41,446 nt of DNA. Source: a virus. The notes under the pieces are model-generated. The model made no database searches, was not told the origin of the DNA, and saw nothing but the letters and a program-made list of their open reading frames with translations. The translations under genes were made by a program, and so were the position numbers. The stretch lies in IMG/VR virus record IMGVR_UViG_3300045592_000084. One strand, given 5' to 3'. The first letter of the stretch is position 1, and each line of letters begins with the position of its first letter. Of this stretch, positions 39,033 to 41,446 are shown piece after piece.

Positions 39033-40711
39033 AATTTGAGAAACTCATTCAAATCCATTGCCCGGTGCTCGTCATTCAGCAATGCCCGGGAGAGCGCCAT
39101 GATCCCTGCTACAACCCCGTCAATCTTGTTCTCCGGAGCGTCCTTCCTGGGATAAATGTTCTCCTTGACATCAACATGACAGACCACGTTGCTTACCATC
39201 CATGTAAGAACCGGGTCTCCGTTGAAATGCAGACGATGATCAAGTACCAATGCCTGAAACTGCTTCATAGGATCAGAAAGGTTCGCGACGGTCTGTTTGC
39301 AAAGCACCATAGGCACACCGTCATCGCTGAGTTCTTTCGAGAGCTGTACGGCCTGGAATGGGTCATAAGCCACTGATTGAACGGAGTAGCGCCCACAATC
39401 CTCAAGGATTGAATCTCGTATCTCGGCGAAATCCGTCACTGGACCTTCACAAACATGGAGATACCCCAAGTACTCCCACCCCTGGTATTGAGAATTCACA
39501 CCTCGTTCAATCGCTGTTCTTGGGAGCCAATAATCCCCAAACAGGTAGTAGTGGCTGGAACCATCAATCTTTCTCTGGAAAATCTTCACCTTCGCCGTCA
39601 TGTCGCTCGTAGACGCAAGGTCAAGCCCCAGCCAGCACGGCTCTCCGTCAAAATCCGACTCATCCAGACTTTCATCCGCGCAGGCATCCCACGCCTTCAT
39701 GTCCATCCAGCCGACATCCGCGTTGCACCAGACATCAAGATGCTTCGTCTTGAAGTTGTTCTCAGCGCTGGGCGTCGCGATCGCTTTTGCCTGCAATGCC
39801 CGTATGACCTCAGGCCGGACAGACACTCCCCAGTTCGGGTTGGCTTTTGCCAGCGCCTCGTCACTCTTCCAGTCATCATCCGGATCCAGCGTGTAGATGA
39901 TCCCAAAATAGGATTCGTCCTGAAGCGACCCTGAAAGAATCTTTGTTACGAGCGTGCGCTGCTCATAACAAATCCCCGTCCGGTCAACGCCTGCCGTTGT
40001 GATCGAAACCATTAGCGAATTTCTGCGCTTCCCCAGCGATGTCTCAACAACGTCGAAAACGTCTCTCTTCTTATGCGCATGGAGTTCGTCAATAATGGCC
40101 AGATGCGTGTTCAGGCCATCCAAAGTAGACCCTTCCGCACTCTTCGCCTGAAAGGTTGAATTGGTCGCGGGGACATACAGTGCGTGCGCAGTAACCTCCA
40201 GCCCATACGCTTCCTGCAGCGCGCGATTACCCCGCGCCATCGTCTGCGCATCACCAAAGACGATTTTCGCCTGCTCCCGCGTTGTCGCGAAGCTATACAC
40301 CTCTGCCCCGGGCTCGTGATCCGCACAAAGGCAGAAAAGCCCAATTCCCGACAGAAGCGTCGACTTGCCGTTCCCTCTCCCGACTTCCACATAGGCTGAC
40401 CGGAATCGCCGATTACCCGCCTTCGCCTTCCACCCAAACAAGGTAGTCAGGAGAAAACATTGCCATGGCTCTAGGTGAATCGCCCTGCCCGCTAACTCCC
40501 CCTTTGTGTGCGTCAGATTCTCAATGAACCAGCATGGCCGGGAAGCCTCTTTTTCGTCAAAGTAGTAGTCACCACCCTCGGGACCCCATCGCCTCAGGTC
40601 ATTTAACTGGCGCTGAACTGCCTGCTTCACAAAGGAACAAGCGGGCACACTCCCGTCCAATACGCCGCGCATGTACTCCTTGGCTATGGCAACGTAATCA
40701 GGTTTCTTCAT
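39029..40711 (-). CDS. Terminase large subunit
   Basis: 560 aa. N-terminal ATPase (VEVGRGNGKST Walker A, LAIIDELH Walker B) and a C-terminal nuclease domain. Confidence 0.95.
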   Translation of the reverse strand: MKKPDYVAIAKEYMRGVLDGSVPACSFVKQAVQRQLNDLRRWGPEGGDYYFDEKEASRPCWFIENLTHTKGELAGRAIHLEPWQCFLLTTLFGWKAKAGNRRFRSAYVEVGRGNGKSTLLSGIGLFCLCADHEPGAEVYSFATTREQAKIVFGDAQTMARGNRALQEAYGLEVTAHALYVPATNSTFQAKSAEGSTLDGLNTHLAIIDELHAHKKRDVFDVVETSLGKRRNSLMVSITTAGVDRTGICYEQRTLVTKILSGSLQDESYFGIIYTLDPDDDWKSDEALAKANPNWGVSVRPEVIRALQAKAIATPSAENNFKTKHLDVWCNADVGWMDMKAWDACADESLDESDFDGEPCWLGLDLASTSDMTAKVKIFQRKIDGSSHYYLFGDYWLPRTAIERGVNSQYQGWEYLGYLHVCEGPVTDFAEIRDSILEDCGRYSVQSVAYDPFQAVQLSKELSDDGVPMVLCKQTVANLSDPMKQFQALVLDHRLHFNGDPVLTWMVSNVVCHVDVKENIYPRKDAPENKIDGVVAGIMALSRALLNDEHRAMDLNEFLKL

Positions 40712-41166
40712 CAGGCTTCAAAAGGATTTTTCTCTAACAGCTCTTCTTCCTGCGCGGGCGCGTGCGCGCGGGAGACAGGGGTAAAACCAAGCTCTTTTTC
40801 AAGCTTGATCAGCGTCCCGACAAGAATCTGCATCGCTTGAAACTCCGGGCTGAGTTTCCTCCTCCCGGTCGTTTCTTCCTCATCAAAAAGGGCTCCATGC
40901 TCTACCGTTTTTGCCATCCGACGCCACAGAGCATACGTGCGGCACCATTGCTCAAGCGCCGGCCCGTCTACAACCGACAGCCGCCCCTTCGGCGCGTTCT
41001 TGACCGCAAGCGCCCATACCTCTTTTGCGTCTCCCGGAATCCCGACGGGAGGTTCTTCAGATAAAACACTCCCCGAAACCGGGTACGGCTTGGAAGAACG
41101 GCATTTCTGCAGCGTCCCTCTGGCCGATTTCTCCGCATCGGATTTTCTGAGCCTGGGCATATCCAA
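40711..41166 (-). CDS. Terminase small subunit (P27 family)
   Basis: 151 aa. The segments LEQWCRTYALWRR and LIKLEKELGFTPVSRA are typical of P27-type TerS. Confidence 0.8.
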   Translation of the reverse strand: MDMPRLRKSDAEKSARGTLQKCRSSKPYPVSGSVLSEEPPVGIPGDAKEVWALAVKNAPKGRLSVVDGPALEQWCRTYALWRRMAKTVEHGALFDEEETTGRRKLSPEFQAMQILVGTLIKLEKELGFTPVSRAHAPAQEEELLEKNPFEA

Positions 41167-41319
41167 AAATTGAAAAGCACGCGTAAAAAATTGGTGAAGG
41201 GCGCGGTCTCAGGGGCTTTTGCGTCCAAAATCTGACCCGCCTCACCCCTGCTTCGTCAGCTCACCTTCTCCGATCCAATCAGTTTGACCAAGATGTTTGT
41301 TTTGCAATCACTGAGCCGG
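41167..41319. other. Non-coding region between HNH and TerS, probable cos/packaging site
   Basis: About 160 nt without an ORF, lying between the HNH stop (position 11, equivalent to 41330) and the TerS start. Contains AAAAATTG twice (about 41175 and 41196). The position is typical for cos in HNH-TerS-TerL phages. Confidence 0.3.
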
Positions 41320-41446
41320 GACGACAGATTCAAAACATTGAGTTCCCGAAGCCGCCGTCCTCGCTGGCAGTCTTACGGCTGTGGCACGCATGGCACAGCG
41401 CCTGCCAGTTGTTCTGATCCCACATAAGCTTCTGGTTCCCCCGATG
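41320..41446. repeat. Terminal direct repeat copy 2 (assembly overlap)
   Basis: Identical to 1..127. Confidence 0.95.

Larger units (their letters stand above)
1..41446. mobile_element. Complete temperate tailed-phage genome (HK97-type head, Mu-like contractile tail), circularly closed contig, 41319 bp unique
   Basis: All phage modules are present: lysogeny switch, replication, recombination, packaging, head, tail, lysis, integrase and attP. The first 127 nt are repeated exactly at the end. Confidence 0.9.

Noticed and set aside
1-41446. Search by eye for rRNA, complete tRNA, CRISPR arrays, transposase/IS elements, reverse transcriptase (retron/DGR), invertase and toxin-antitoxin pairs
   Set aside because: None recognised. 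The only recombinase is the P4-type integrase.

Overview
The window is a complete, circularly closed genome of a temperate tailed phage. The first 127 nt are repeated exactly at the end, which leaves 41319 bp unique. The host is a diderm (LPS-bearing) bacterium of unresolved lineage. The minus strand carries the late genes. They start with a Q-like regulator followed by a strong promoter and a hairpin leader, then an HNH endonuclease, TerS (P27 type), TerL and HK97-type portal, protease and capsid with head-tail adaptors. Next comes a Mu-like contractile tail: sheath, tube, a chaperone with a -1 frameshift, tape measure and a gp43 to gp48-like baseplate. Two collar-domain fibers and a lysis cassette (holin, two GH24 lysozymes, embedded Rz/Rz1 spanins) complete the late region. 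The minus strand also carries the replication module: Cro-like protein, O-like initiator with in-frame iterons, DnaB-like helicase, SSB and a DUF1064 nuclease. The plus strand carries a CI/LexA-type repressor and a PL-like early operon with small ORFs, Erf, a YqaJ exonuclease, DUF3310 and AlpA/Xis. Four pieces of accessory cargo stand out. (1) An AT-rich island splits xis from int. It holds a Dam-like methyltransferase whose stop codon interlocks with a convergent 555-aa ABC-ATPase plus Toprim-like (OLD-family-like) gene, and this is my best candidate for a defence system. (2) A trimeric autotransporter adhesin and a phosphoethanolamine transferase lie next to a tRNA-mimicking attP. (3) A secreted small protein with its own terminator sits inside the baseplate operon. 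(4) A duplicated early-region module contains conserved antisense-overlapping ORF pairs. All family names come from motif recognition by eye, and no database search was run.
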